A stretch of DNA of 64,000 bases. Source: Octopus sinensis (Eukaryota). Under the pieces are notes generated by a model. That model did not search any database and was not told where the DNA came from. It saw nothing but the letters and a program-made list of their open reading frames with translations. Within the stretch, counting starts at the first letter, position 1. Each line of letters begins with the position of its first letter. Below are positions 1 to 12,632 of this stretch, one piece after another. The position numbers were made by a program, and so were the translations under genes. The stretch spans positions 74,462,001 to 74,526,000 of the forward strand of contig NC_042999.1 of the NCBI RefSeq assembly GCF_006345805.1, read 5' to 3'.

Positions 1-1000
1 ATACCTATAAAACGTGATAGTAAGTTGGTGCAAGGTCTGGTGAATATGGTGGATGACAGAGTACTTCCAAGTTCAGTTCTTGTAATTTGAGTAGTGTTCT
101 TCATGCAACATGTGGTCAAGTATGTCTTGCAAGAGAATTGGCCTGTCTCTATTGACCAATTTTGGTTCTTTAATTGCAAATTCACTCATCATTTCATCCA
201 GTTGGTTGATGTATACATCCACTGTAATTGACTTACTTGGTGTCAAGAATCTGTAGTGGATGACACCAGCACTGGACCACCAAATAGACACCATTAGTTT
301 TTTTTGGTGAATATTCTGCTTCGGATTGTGTTTTGGCATGTCATCTCTATCCAGCTATCATACAGAGCGCTTGCTATTGTTGAAAAGAATCCATTTTTCC
401 TCACATGTAACAATTTGATATAAGAATGGTTCATGTCTATGCCATGACAGCAAAGAACAAGTTTCTAGATGGTGTGTTTGATGCTCATTCAGTTCATGTG
501 GTACCCACTTGTCCAGTTTCTTTACCTTGCTGATTTGTTTCAGATGGTCGAATACAGTTGGAATCAAAATATCAAACCTTGCTGCTAACTCACACATAGT
601 TTGAGATGTATCCGCTTCCACTACAGTTTTCAGCACATCATTATCCACCAGGGCTGATTTTCAAGAGTAAAGTCACCAGACCAGAACTTCTCAAACCATC
701 AACGTACAGTACATTCATTCACCAGATCTTCACCAAACACCTCACTGATGTTTCAAGCTGTCTTGGATGCATTGGTTCCATAATGGAACTCACATTCATA
801 AACAACACGAATTTTTTATCTTGCCATGGTTCACAAAAATGAGTTACAAGAGAAAAATCATAATATAATCAGACACTATGAATTGCATTTCGAAGAGTGA
901 TGATGTAACTTATCACTTTGTAAAACAAAGAATTGTCCAGATAACAACTGTCAAACTTGATGCATAACAAAATTGAGCATTTCATTCTTAATGACCTGAT
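1..1000 (-). mobile_element. Degenerate mariner (DD34D-type) transposon, running off the window start
   Basis: Frameshifted transposase from ATG at about 827 with WVPHEL, IVTxxEKW, KKLMVSIWW and HPPYSPDLAP (about 10-57). Likely 5' terminus near 975-1000. Confidence 0.85.
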
Positions 1001-1728
1001 ATTTTGTATAACACCAGAGTGACACTAGGAGCCATTATGATCTGTATGGTATACTCTTGACTCTGATGGGTTCTTGGAGGTTTTGTAAATATTTTGAGGG
1101 ATTGGGAGTATCAAGAAAATGATAGACAAAATACTTTATAGTATTGAGTTATATATATTGCTTTACATTCTTAAGTTAACCTTGCCTTTTATTCTTCTGG
1201 GTTCAATAAAATTATCAGTTAAATAGTTAGGTTCATACATTTGTTTATATCCATTAGTCCAAATTTGTGACACTGTGCATATGTGAAAAATAAATATTAA
1301 TGAAAGATTTATGTGTAATGAAGCAAATTATTCATTTTATCTTCTAACTGTAAGTTTTTTCCTGTAATGGGAAACTTGCATGAATTTGCTAAAATATGAA
1401 AGAAAGCTCTTTCAGTGGAGTATAATCATGCGTAATTTCATATATTCACATGTAACTATGCGTAATGACATAGTTATATACATGCACACACGTTCATATG
1501 AGTGCATAATTACTGAAGCAAACAGATCATTTAAACACAATACTTTTGCAAACATCAACGCATACACAAATGCATCCACACAAACATGCACAAGTATACA
1601 CACATACATGTGTAAACACATAGAAAGATATACATACTTATATATAAAAAAAAGCATACTTAAAGCAAATTAAAATACTTTAAAAAATTAATTCTTTTTT
1701 GAACAAAATGACATTAAGTTTTACTTAC

Positions 1729-1839
1729 AACAATTTGCTTCATCACTGCCAGTAATGCAATTTTCGTAATTGTTACACAGATTTTTTTCATTGATACATT
1801 TTGAATTGTCTAAACAGTTATGGCTATACTTTGGACAAT
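1729..1839 (-). CDS. Host gene exon J (last in window): LDL-receptor class A repeat 2
   Basis: Not in the ORF track. Acceptor caattacag|AT, donor TGTT|gtaagt; 111 nt, phase 1-1. Reads NCPKYSHNCLDNSKCINEKNLCNNYENCITGSDEANC (six Cys, GSDE). Confidence 0.9.
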
Positions 1840-1847
1840 CTGTAATT

Positions 1848-1857
1848 GATAATAATA

Positions 1858-1917
<60 letters not shown>

Positions 1918-1918
1918 A

Positions 1919-1983
<65 letters not shown>

Positions 1984-1986
1984 AAA

Positions 1987-2047
<61 letters not shown>

Positions 2048-2056
2048 TAATAATAA
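1848..2056. repeat. (TAA)n microsatellite; target site of the R4/Dong elements
   Basis: About 200 bp of TAA with two repeated GATAATGAAAA interruptions. Confidence 0.97.
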
Positions 2057-2059
2057 AAA

Positions 2060-5000
2060 AACAACAGTAACTGAAGATCTCGCATTTGCTGAAGAACACA
2101 GAGAGTCTATAGCAGAAATGAGGCTGAAAATCCTGAATACGCTTGAAGTTGTAAGACATACAAGTATGAATGATAGAGAACCGCTTCATAAACTCTCAAA
2201 TACAAACCAAATAAAAAACAAATCCAAATTGGCAACTATGTAACAAATGAAATAATACGAGAATTAAAACCTGATTTTACTGAGTTAAATGAAATTATTT
2301 ACGCTTCTGCTAGGGCAATTGAAACCAGCTGTATGCCCCCGAAAAAACAAAGAAAACAAAACCTGGGAAGAAATCAAACCTGGAGAAGTAAAATTGAAAA
2401 AGAGATTGAATTTATGAGAGGGGAAATATCAATATTAAATGAACTAATATGTGGAAATGATGTAAGATCCAGAACAGGAAGAAAGATGAGAAAATTTGGA
2501 TCCTCACCAAGAGAAGAACTGATATCAATAAAAGAAACGCTGAAACAAAAAGTCCAAGCAAAAGCCCAAAGAATACGAAGATTTGAGAAGAGAAACAAGT
2601 TTTACAAGCAAAATAAGCTGTTCACATCCAATGCCAAAAAATTCTACAAAGAAATAGGGAAGGAGAAAGTAACCGTTAAAGACGCCCCTCCCATGGAAGA
2701 AGTTCAAAACTTTTGGAAAAGGATTTGGAGTGACAAGAAGACGTACAACATAAATGCAGACTGGATTATACAAACTGAAGGATCCTACCAAAATTTACAA
2801 CAACAAGCATGGGAAGACATCACAATAGCAGACCTAAGAAAGGCACTCACGAAGGCCCATAATTGGAAATCCCCCGGTAAAGATAGGGTGCCGAATTTCT
2901 GGCTCGCATCGCTCCCGTGCGCACACGGTAAGCTAGTTCAGCTGCTCAATGGAATTATGAGAGACCCAAAGAAAACACCTGAATGGTTAGCAAGTGGCAT
3001 TACTTACCTACTCCCAAAGAATAACGAAACCAGCCTTCCAAAAAACTATCGGCCTATAACCTGTCTATCCACCACGTATAAAATCCTAACATCTATCCTG
3101 GCGGAGAAAACATATGCATTCATGGAGAAGAACGATATTTTCCCCATTGAACAAAAAGGGTGCCGCCGAGGCTCTTACGGATGCAAAGATCAACTGCTAA
3201 TCAATCGTATGATCCTTGAGAACTGTCACAACAAGCGCAGAAATCTCAGCACCGCATGGATTGACTATAAAAAGGCCTTCGACAGTATACCGCATCCATG
3301 GATCTTGAGATCGCTGGACATCTTCAAAATTTCCCCTGTGATTTCAAACTTCCTGAAGCACAATATGTCGTTGTGGAATACGAATCTCCAATTATACCAC
3401 TCTAATGGAGTACTTGCCTCAGAAAATATAAACATCAACTGTGGAATTTTTCAAGGTGACTCACTTTCACCTTTAATATTCTGCATAGCCCTAATACCCC
3501 TTACAAGTGAATTAAACAGAACAGGGTATGGGTATAAAATTGCCAATAAAAAAATAAGCCATCTATTTTATATGGATGACTTAAAACTTTATGGTAAAGA
3601 CAATAATGAACTTGAAGGCCTATTGCGCACCATGAAATCATTCAGCGATGACATCGGGATGGAGTTTGGACTTGAGAAGTGTGCCAAGGCCACTTTCCAG
3701 AAAGGGAAAGTGAAGACCACAAATTCAGTCGTGTTAGATGTTGACACAGTCATAAGAGAGCTTGAGCAAGAACAAACATACAAATATTTAGGGATAAATG
3801 AAGGCTCTGGTATTCAGCATGCAAGCATGAAAGAGAAAATCAGGAAGGAATGTTATAGGAGAGTTCGTGCAGTCCTGAAATCTGAACTAAATGCACGTAA
3901 CAAGGTGTTAGCTATAAATTCCCTAGCAGTTCCAGTTGTTACTTATAGCTACAATGTGTTGAACTGGAATATGAGTGAAGTAAAGAATATAGATAGAAAA
4001 ATACGCAAGCTGCTGAGTTGTAATAGGATGCACCACCCAAAGGCAGACGTAGATCGCCTTTACCTTCCCAGAGCCCAAGGAGGTCGAGGCCTGATCCAAT
4101 TTGAACTAGCTTACAAAACAACCACAATTGGACTGGCCAAATATCTCGAAATATCGAATGACTGGATGCTAAAGCTCGTGGAAAATCACGAGAGACGAAA
4201 GAAGCTTCATTCTATCATCAAGGAAAGCAAAAAATTTGCTATTGATTTCGTGCAGGATACCCAAACTGAACAACCCGAGGGAAGTACGGCAACTATTGTT
4301 GCAAAGAAGGTGAAAATGATGGCAATGAAAAAAGCGCATGAGCAATTGGCTGATAGGTGGGAGGAGAAACCTCTGCACAGCAAATATGTGACCCGCAGCA
4401 AACAAGCTGATGTTGACCAGAAGCAAACCCATCAGTGGCTGCGGAGCTCAGGGCTAAAAGCAGAGAGTGAAGGTTTCATCCTGGCTGCTCAAGACCAAAG
4501 CCTATCAACCCGGAACTACCAGGCCAATGTGATGAAAAATGGAGCAGACCCAAAATGCCGATTCTGCAACGACATGATTGAAACAGTGGACCACCTAATC
4601 TCTGGATGTAAAGTCTTAGCACCAGTGGAGTATAAATTAAGACATGACAGAGTTGGCCAATATCTCCACTGGCTAATAAGTCGGCATTACAATATCAAAA
4701 CTGCCGACAAGTGGTTTAATCACCACCCTGAGGCTGTAACTGAAGGAGAAAATGTAACCATTCTGTGGGACTTTCCAGTACATACAGACCGAACCATCAG
4801 GGCCAAATAAACCAGATATTGTTGTGAAAGACCAAAACAATAAAGTTTGCTTATTGATCGACATGAGCATCACCTGTGATCATAATATCTCAGCGAAAGA
4901 GTTTGACAAGCTCAGAAAATATAAAGACCTACTCATTGAAATTGAGAAAATGTGGCATCTCAAGGCGGTTACAATACCAGTGATCGTAGGAGCACTAGGA

Positions 5001-5320
5001 ATGATCAAGAAGGGAACCGAAAATTATATGAGAATGATCCCTGGCTTACCATCCCTGCAAGAAGTGCAAAAGATTGTCTTAACTGGTACATCACACGTAT
5101 TGAGAAGAGCATTGTCGATGTGAGAACTGTTGCTGCTCATGCATTTTAATTTAACTTTAAAAAAAAAAAAAAATAAATAAATAAAAAAATAAAAAATGAA
5201 CGAACTACTGAGTTTGGTTTAATGGCCTACCAATATACACTATGAGTTTCTTTGCCCTAGGAGTCGGGAAGACACTCGGCAAGAAATGGAAGAAAATTTG
5301 AAAGAAGAAGAAAAAAAAAG
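2060..5320 (+). mobile_element. R4/Dong-clade non-LTR retrotransposon, family 1 (RT + CCHC finger + restriction-like endonuclease), young, probably 5'-truncated
   Basis: ORF 2333-4810 has WKSPGKD, YRPITCL, EQKGC, DYKKAFDS, GIFQGDSLSP, YMDDLK and CRFC..HLISGC, RHD. A +1 slip at about 4806 continues as KPDIVV..IDMS..K..KY.DL to the stop at 5123. The 3' UTR ends in (TAA)n at 5321. Confidence 0.93.
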
Positions 5321-5338
5321 TAATAATAATAATAATAA

Positions 5339-7269
5339 TAACAAAGTAGCACCAACAATCATAATTAACAAAGTAGCACCAACAATCATAAAATTCATAG
5401 AGCACTCTATAAATAAATGGCAAACAGTCCTACACCTCCAAACAAAAGAGGGACTCATGAAAACCAAAGACATCCCCATTAGAAGAGGAATATTCCAGGG
5501 AGACACGCTCTCTCCACTCCTTTTCTGCTTGGCACTGTCACCTCTATCTGATATGCTAAATAGAACTGGATGCGGATATAAATGTTACGGCAAAACGATC
5601 AGCCACCTTTTATATATGGATGACCTAAAACTATACGCTGCAAATGACAAACAGCTGGAAACACTATTAAAGACAGTTCATGGATTTACCAAAGAAATAG
5701 AAATGAAATTTGGATTAGAAAAATGCGCCAAAGTAACCATGAAAAGAGGAAAACTAGTTAAGAGTAACAACATCACACTAGATAAAACCAATGAAATAAA
5801 AGAATTAGACCAAAGCCAAACTTACAAATACTTAGGAATCCATGAACTAGATAAGACACAACACACACAAATGAAAGAGAAAATAAAAAAAGAATATTAT
5901 AGACGAGTTAGATCAATACTAAAAACAGAGCTCAATGCTAAAAACAAGATAATAGGTATCAACACTTTAGCTGTCCCAGTTATAAGTTACAGCTACAATA
6001 TCCTTAACTGGACACGAAATGAACTGTCCAAAATAGATAGGAAAACAAGAAAAATACTGACAGGATCTAGGATGCATCACCCAAAATCTGACATAGAAAG
6101 ACTATATATACAACGTATAGAAGGTGGTAGAGGCCTTATACAGCTGGAAAACTACTATAAAATAACCACCATAGGACTGCAAAAATACCTACTTCAGAAG
6201 GAAGGAAAACTGATCCAGATAGCAGCAAAACACGAGCAAAACAAAAAACTGTTCTCAGTATTTAAGGAAGCTGACAAATACAAACAAGAAATCATACCAC
6301 CTAATAAACACAAAGAAGACGAAGAAGATGATGAAGAAACAACAAAAGCTATAAAACAAATGAAATCCAAAATAAAAATAGAACAGCAACGAGCCATGAT
6401 AAAACGATGGCAAGAAAAGCCCCTTCATGGTAAATACTGCACTAAACTAAACGCAAACGAAATAGACAAAGAAAAATCCCAGCAATGGTTGAGAAGCTCA
6501 GGACTCAAAGCAGAAACAGAGGGATTTTTAATTGCAGCACAAGACCAAAGCCTCCCCACCAGAAATTACCAAAAACATGTAATGAAAAGAAATATTACAA
6601 GTAACTGCAGAATATGTGGAGATGGACAAGAAACAATAAATCATATTATCTCTAGCTGCCCAGTCCTGGCTAAGAAGGAATATATTCACAGACATGACAG
6701 AGTTGGAACCTACATACATTGGAAGCTATGCCAACATTATGGAATAACAACAAAAAAAAGATGGTATAGGCACACACCAGAAAAGGTCACAGAAAACGAG
6801 AAAGCAACCATACTCTGGGATATGCCGATACACACAGATAGAGAAATTAAGGCCAACAGACCAGATATAGTTGTCAGAGATCATAAAGAAAAAAAATGCT
6901 TTCTAATTGATGTATCAATACCGGCAGATAACAACGTGTCTCTAAAAGAAATGGAGAAACTCTCAAAATACAAAGACCTGGAAATAGAGGTAACTAGAAT
7001 GTGGAACCTGAAAACAGAAACAATTCCTATCATAGTAGGTGCATTAGGCATGATAAAAAAATATTCAGACAAATACATAACAAAAACACCAGGACTTACA
7101 AACACATATAACATACAGAAAATTGCACTACTAGGCACTGCACACATCCTACGCAGAACACTTTCCATACAATAACCATCAGAGCATCACAACAAATCAC
7201 AGCACATACCCAAGGCACACAGAGCTGCGCTCGGTAGTGAAGTGAAAGCACGCTATAAAAATAAAACTA

Positions 7270-7272
<3 letters not shown>
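5339..7272 (+). mobile_element. R4/Dong-clade non-LTR retrotransposon, family 2, 5'-truncated, uninterrupted ORF
   Basis: Open frame to 7175 with GIFQGDTLSP, YMDDLK, CRIC..HIISSC, RHD, RPDIVV..IDVS..K..KYKDL. About 100 bp of 3' UTR, then (TAA)n. Confidence 0.95.
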
Positions 7273-7332
<60 letters not shown>

Positions 7333-7359
7333 TATAATAATAATAATAATAATAATAAT

Positions 7360-7404
<45 letters not shown>
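7273..7404. repeat. (TAA)n microsatellite at the 3' end of R4/Dong family 2
   Basis: About 130 bp of TAA with two TTA interruptions. Confidence 0.97.
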
Positions 7405-7539
7405 TGTTGATTAGAAGTCAAAATATTTTAGCTGAATTTTTAAGATTATAATTCTATTCTGTATTTTTGAGATGAGGAATTATGTACGCTATTTACAATG
7501 GCACAAGGAAATGAACTAAGGTGGAAAATGAGACTAAAT

Positions 7540-9300
7540 GTACTATAGAAAGCAAACTTTCCCAAACCAAACATCACTAAGAAAGAAAAGTTTGCTATTA
7601 AAACATCACAGAGTGACAGTTTCATTATAATATTTCCAGTGGACAAGGGCAATGCTATGGTAGCGATGAACAAGTCTGAATACTCAGAAAAACTGGCAAG
7701 TCTGATAAGTGATGGTAGCTACAACAAAATAAAGAAAGACCCAACTCTTAAAACAGAGAAGTTGTCGCAGATCTTAATCAAGAACAAGGATCACTTTATA
7801 CTAATGAAGTACAGACAACTGACTCAACACTACAGTAAGCTATCACACATGTACGGTCTCCTGAAGATTCATAAGGATGGTATTCCATTAAGACTCATAG
7901 TGAGCTGTAGAGGTTCAGAATGTCATCCACTAACTTACTTCCTTGTGGATATAATCAGTCCATTTGCAGGTAAGTCAACATCGTATGTGAAGAATTCCAC
8001 TCACTTCACAGAATTGATCAAGGATACTCCCACTGGATCCAACCAGATGGTGAGTTTAGATGTAATAACTGTTTACCAAAGTCCCAACCAATGAAGCATT
8101 ATCAATGATTCAAGATAAACTAGTGACAGATACCTCTCTAAAAGAATGCACAAGAATACTAATAGAAAACTTGATGGAAATGTTGACTTTCTTCATAGAA
8201 ACTACCTACTTCAGAGTAGATACTGATATATATAGACAGGATGAAGGTTTAGCTATGAGTTTGCCATTATCACTAGTAATAGCCAATATATACATGGAAT
8301 ACTTTGAGAATTTGGCTTTAGGATCAACAGCACTAAAGCCAACCCTATGGCTTCGATATGTTGATGATGCTTTCATACTCTGGCCCCACCAAAAGTATTT
8401 CCAAGTACTACTAGATCATGTAAACTCAATAAAGCCATCCATACAGTTCACAATGGAAAAGGAAAAGGACAATTGGCTGGCTTTCCTGGATGTATTAATA
8501 ACATGCACTGAATATGGGTTCTTGACATCCGCAAACCACAAGCCAACTTTCACTGGAAAATAGCTCAACTTCAATTCCCACTATTCATACATTATAAAGA
8601 GAGAGATTGCTCAGTGCCTAAAACATTAAGCAAAGACTGTAAGTAGGAAGCCTGGTACATAGCAGTAAGAAATGATCAGGCTAAGAAAAATCTGCTATGC
8701 AACAACCATCCAAAGAACATACTATCCACTCCAACTAGGAAGAGGAGAGAGAGTCTGTCTACCCCATGTCAAAGGCCTCTCAGAAAAGATGCATAAGATA
8801 TGCGGTCCATATGACACCAGGACAGTATTGAGAAGAAGTAATACACTTTGCAAATATCTTCTGAGTAAAACCACCCATAGAAGAGAACATGACCAAAAAC
8901 TGCATGTACTCTATCCTATGCAGTTGTGGTAGGTTATACAAAGGCGAAACATACTACCCACTTAAAGTAAGGGTACAGGAACATTGTAAAGCTGTGACAT
9001 GAGGGGATTTTTTATTCTTTTAATTATTTCAGTCATTTGACTGTGGCCATGGTGGAGCACCGCCTTTATGTTGAAAAATTGTGTATAGTTGATCATGTAT
9101 GGAAAAATGGAGACTACCTCCCACTGTGGGATGAAGTTAAAATAATTGACAGAAAACACCAGTGGAAAATATGAAAATTAAAAGAGGTTGCACATATGCT
9201 AGGACATAATAACCTCCTAAGCAAATCTAGTGCAGATATGAATGTAATATGGGAACCAGTGTTAAGAAAAGATAAAATACTAGGTTTATAAGCCCTACAA
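7540..9300 (+). mobile_element. Degenerate Penelope-like element (RT + GIY-YIG endonuclease)
   Basis: RT motifs DKGN, YGLLKIHKDGIPLRLIVS, SLDV, GLAMSLPLS..ANIYME, RYVDD, FTMEKE..FLDV. GIY-YIG-like MYSILCSCGRLYKGET..LKVRVQEH at about 8900-8990. Interrupted by a SINE-tail fragment at about 9010-9070. Confidence 0.88.
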
Positions 9301-9619
9301 TTCATTTTATAATTGCTCACGGGCATATAGCATAGTGGATAAGGGCATGGGCTACTAAACCTCAGATGCTAAGTTCAATCTCAGGCAGTGACTTGAAAAA
9401 TAATATCAACAGAAAAGTAACATCAGCAACATACTATAGGAATGAGAACAATGTACTCCATTAGTCAAATAAAGGGTTGGGTTCCAAATTCCGCCAGAAC
9501 ACCAGCTAAAATGTTGTGATAACAGCAAACAAGATGAGGACATCTATCTGTCCATTGTAAATAAGATTATAATTTCCCACTTATTGGGGAAATTCAATCT
9601 CATCTCCAGATTACATCTT

Positions 9620-9945
9620 TTATCTTTCACTTGTTTCACTCATTGATCTGTGTCTATGTTTGAATGCCATCTTCAAAGTGACCCCAGTCTGGTACAAGGA
9701 TGTAAAAAAACCAGCACCAGGTGAAAGGAAACAAAAATACAAACATAAAGTGACACACATACACACGCACACATATAATGGGTTTTCACAGTTTCTGTCT
9801 CCCAGATTCACTCAAAAGGAATGATTGGCCCAGTGCTATAATAAAAGACACTTGCTCAAGGTGTTGCACATTGCGAAACTACATGCTTGAACTTGAAAGT
9901 GCATACTTGCAAATTAAGTTTAACCACATAGCCAATGTCTGTAAC
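9620..9945 (-). mobile_element. Degenerate tRNA-derived SINE (family of 47696-48105)
   Basis: Recognisable blocks cttgtttca.tcattga, agtttctgtct.cc.gattcactc and aagacacttgctcaaggtg. Confidence 0.65.
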
Positions 9946-10162
9946 GTCTGCAATGCATTTCAATTTGCTTGATCACCAGTAAAAATGTAATATGGATATA
10001 GATATTGTAAATATACATTCTAAAGATAACATTAAGATACAATAAGATTCTAAAAAGAAACCCCTTAAAACAATCAGTTATTTAATATTTTGAAGAGCTG
10101 CCTTTCCACAGGCTACTAACAATTCTCATACACTTTTCATATAAGGTTAAAGTATTTATATT

Positions 10163-11630
10163 CATCATCATGATGATCATTTAATGTCTGTTTTCCATGC
10201 TGGCATGGGTTGGATGGTTTGACTAGGGACTGGCAAACCAGGAGGTCGCACCAGGCTCCACTCTGATCTGGCAGTGTTTCTACAGCTGGATGTCCTTCCT
10301 AAGGCCAACCACTCCAAGAGTGTAGTGGGTGCTTTTTTACATGCCACCAGCTCAGGAGCCAGTCAGGCAGCATTGGCATTTGCCACATTCGAATAGTGCA
10401 TTTTATGTGCTACCAGCACAGGGGCCAGTTGGGGCAGAGAGGCTGGCATTGACCACGTTTGGAAGGTGCTTTTTATGTGCCACCAGCACAGGGAGCCAGT
10501 CAGGTGGCACTGGCAACAACCCATGCATGCATGGTGCTTATTGTGTGCCACCAGCATGAGAGCTAGTCAGGCGGCACTGGCATCAGCCACAACTACAACT
10601 TCCATTTGATTGTGATTTAATTTGATTTTGATTTTACTTGATTCCATAGGTCTCCTCAAGCACAGAATGTCACCTGACAATTCAAAGGTACTTTTTAAAT
10701 GGGTTGGTTATACAACACTGGTGTAGGCTACGACTGTGATCTCACTTTACTTGCTGGGTCTTCTCAATCACAGCATATCTCTAGAGGCCTCAGGCTTTCA
10801 TCATTGCCTCTGTGAAGCTCAACGTTTGAAGGTCGTGCTTCACCACCTCATCCCATGTCTTCCTGGGTCTCCCTCTACCATAGGTTCTTCCAGTGTTAGG
10901 GAGTGACACTTCTTCACACAACTCTCCTCATCCATACACAGCACATGACCATACCAGCGCAGTCATCTCTGTTGCATGCCACATCTGATGCTTCTTATGT
11001 CCAACTTTTCTCTCAGGGCGCTTACACTCTTTAATGTGTGCACACTGACATTACACATCTAGAAAATCATGCTAGCTTCATTTCTTTCAATCCTACACAT
11101 GTCTTCAGCAGTCATTGCTCAAGTTTCACTGCCTTGAAGCATGGCAGTTCACATACATGCATCGTACAATCTACCTTTCACTCTGAGCGAGAGGCTCTTT
11201 ATCACCAGTAGGGGTAGAAGCTTTCTGAACTTTGCCCAGGCTATTCTAGTGGTAACACTCTGAGCATCCACCCCCACTACAGACTTGGTCACCAAGGTAG
11301 CATAAGCTATCAACTACTTCTAGTTTCTCCCCCTGGCATGTGATGGAGTCTGTTTTCTGAGCATCTGTGGTGTTTATTGCTCCTGTGCATCTGCTGCACA
11401 CAAAAGCTATCTTCCCAGTTAACCTGCTTTTGATGTAGCTGCACCTCTTAATTTGTCTATAGCTTACACTGGGTACATCTTGTGGAATTTCTACCTACAT
11501 CTTTTCTACAGATCAAGCAGGGCCACCTACTTCAAGGGGTTTGTGATGTGTTCACCTTCTTACTTACTAGGGCTTTAGTTTTTGCAACATTGATTCTAAG
11601 GCCCATCAGTTCTAAACCTTGCTTCCACTT
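10163..11630 (-). mobile_element. RTE-clade LINE family A, 5'-truncated
   Basis: ORF C-terminus (GRLYDAC.., SETWA, ERNEASM, GRPRKTWDEV), 3' UTR with about 66-bp tandem units, (GAT)n tail. Homologous to 15230-16628, 19510-21714 and 51550-55050. Confidence 0.88.
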
Positions 11631-11745
11631 TAATATCAAAATTTAGCTTGGTAGAGAGATTATGGAAAATGGAATCCAAAAACAGGTATAATAAAGGAAC
11701 TCAAAACAGGAACTCAAGTATCTGTAATTAAAAGTGATGATATTT

Positions 11746-12156
11746 ATCTTTTACTTGTTTCAGTCATTGGACCATGGCCATGCTGGGGTACTTGAGGAAT
11801 TTTAATCGAACTAATTGACCCCAGTGCTTATTTTCTTTCTAAGCCTGGTATTTACTGTATCAGTTTCTTTTTACAGAACTGCTAAGTTACAGGGACATAA
11901 ACCAATACTTATTGCTAAGTAGCAGTGGGGGACAAACACACATGTGTGCATGCACACACACACACACACAAATATATATATATATATGTATATACAACAG
12001 GCTTCTTTCATTTTCTGTGTACCAAATCCATTCACAAGGCTTTTGTCTGCCTAAGGCTATAGTAGAAGACACTTACTCAGGTGCCATGCAGTGGGACTGA
12101 ACCCAGAGCCATGTAGTTGGGAAGCAAACTTCTTACTATACAGCCACACCTGCACC
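11746..12156 (-). mobile_element. tRNA-derived SINE (family of 47696-48105)
   Basis: Reverse complement aligns along its length with 47696-48105 (GGTTCAGTCCCACTGC B-box region, internal TA/TG microsatellite, CTGAAACAAGTAAAAG tail). Confidence 0.85.
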
Positions 12157-12288
12157 TATATTCATTAAGCTTGACACAAATTAAATGTCCTAATATTTGC
12201 ATTACATTACATCCAGCTATGTCAACGTATTCGAATTTTGATATATGGGTATGGTATCTGTTCTGATAAAACATATAAAACTAGATAA

Positions 12289-12632
12289 TGTTGCAAAATG
12301 TGGCCTCCCTTCTGTACTAACATGGCTCCAACAGCAAAAGTTAGCTGTAGGGAAAGGGCAAATCAGCCCAGCAAGCCAACTTACCCAAAGAAGAAGTCAT
12401 GCACTGCTGGGTGTCTTCAAAACACGCATCTTGTGGAATGTAGTTCCTTGCTAATTAGTTTTACGCTGACTTCTGTTTACCACTCCCCTACACACAGAGA
12501 CTAGCTGTCCTTATATACTTGTACATTCATCTAGAATCTTCTAAAGAGTCATGTTATGTTGTATCTTTCAGAACTTTATTCTGAACCAATTAATTTCCTA
12601 GTTGCTAGGAAAGTCATACTCCCCATACAACA
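12289..12632 (-). mobile_element. Possible solo LTR
   Basis: Bounded by TGTTG...CAACA with a TATATAA box on the minus strand. No matching target-site duplication seen. Confidence 0.3.

Noticed and set aside
1-830. SETMAR-like domesticated gene (also the other mariner ORFs)
   Set aside because: Multiple stops and frameshifts and no SET domain; plain transposon fossils.
1770-2189. Poly-I, poly-L and poly-Y ORFs (also 59554-60014)
   Set aside because: Translations of (TAA)n microsatellites.
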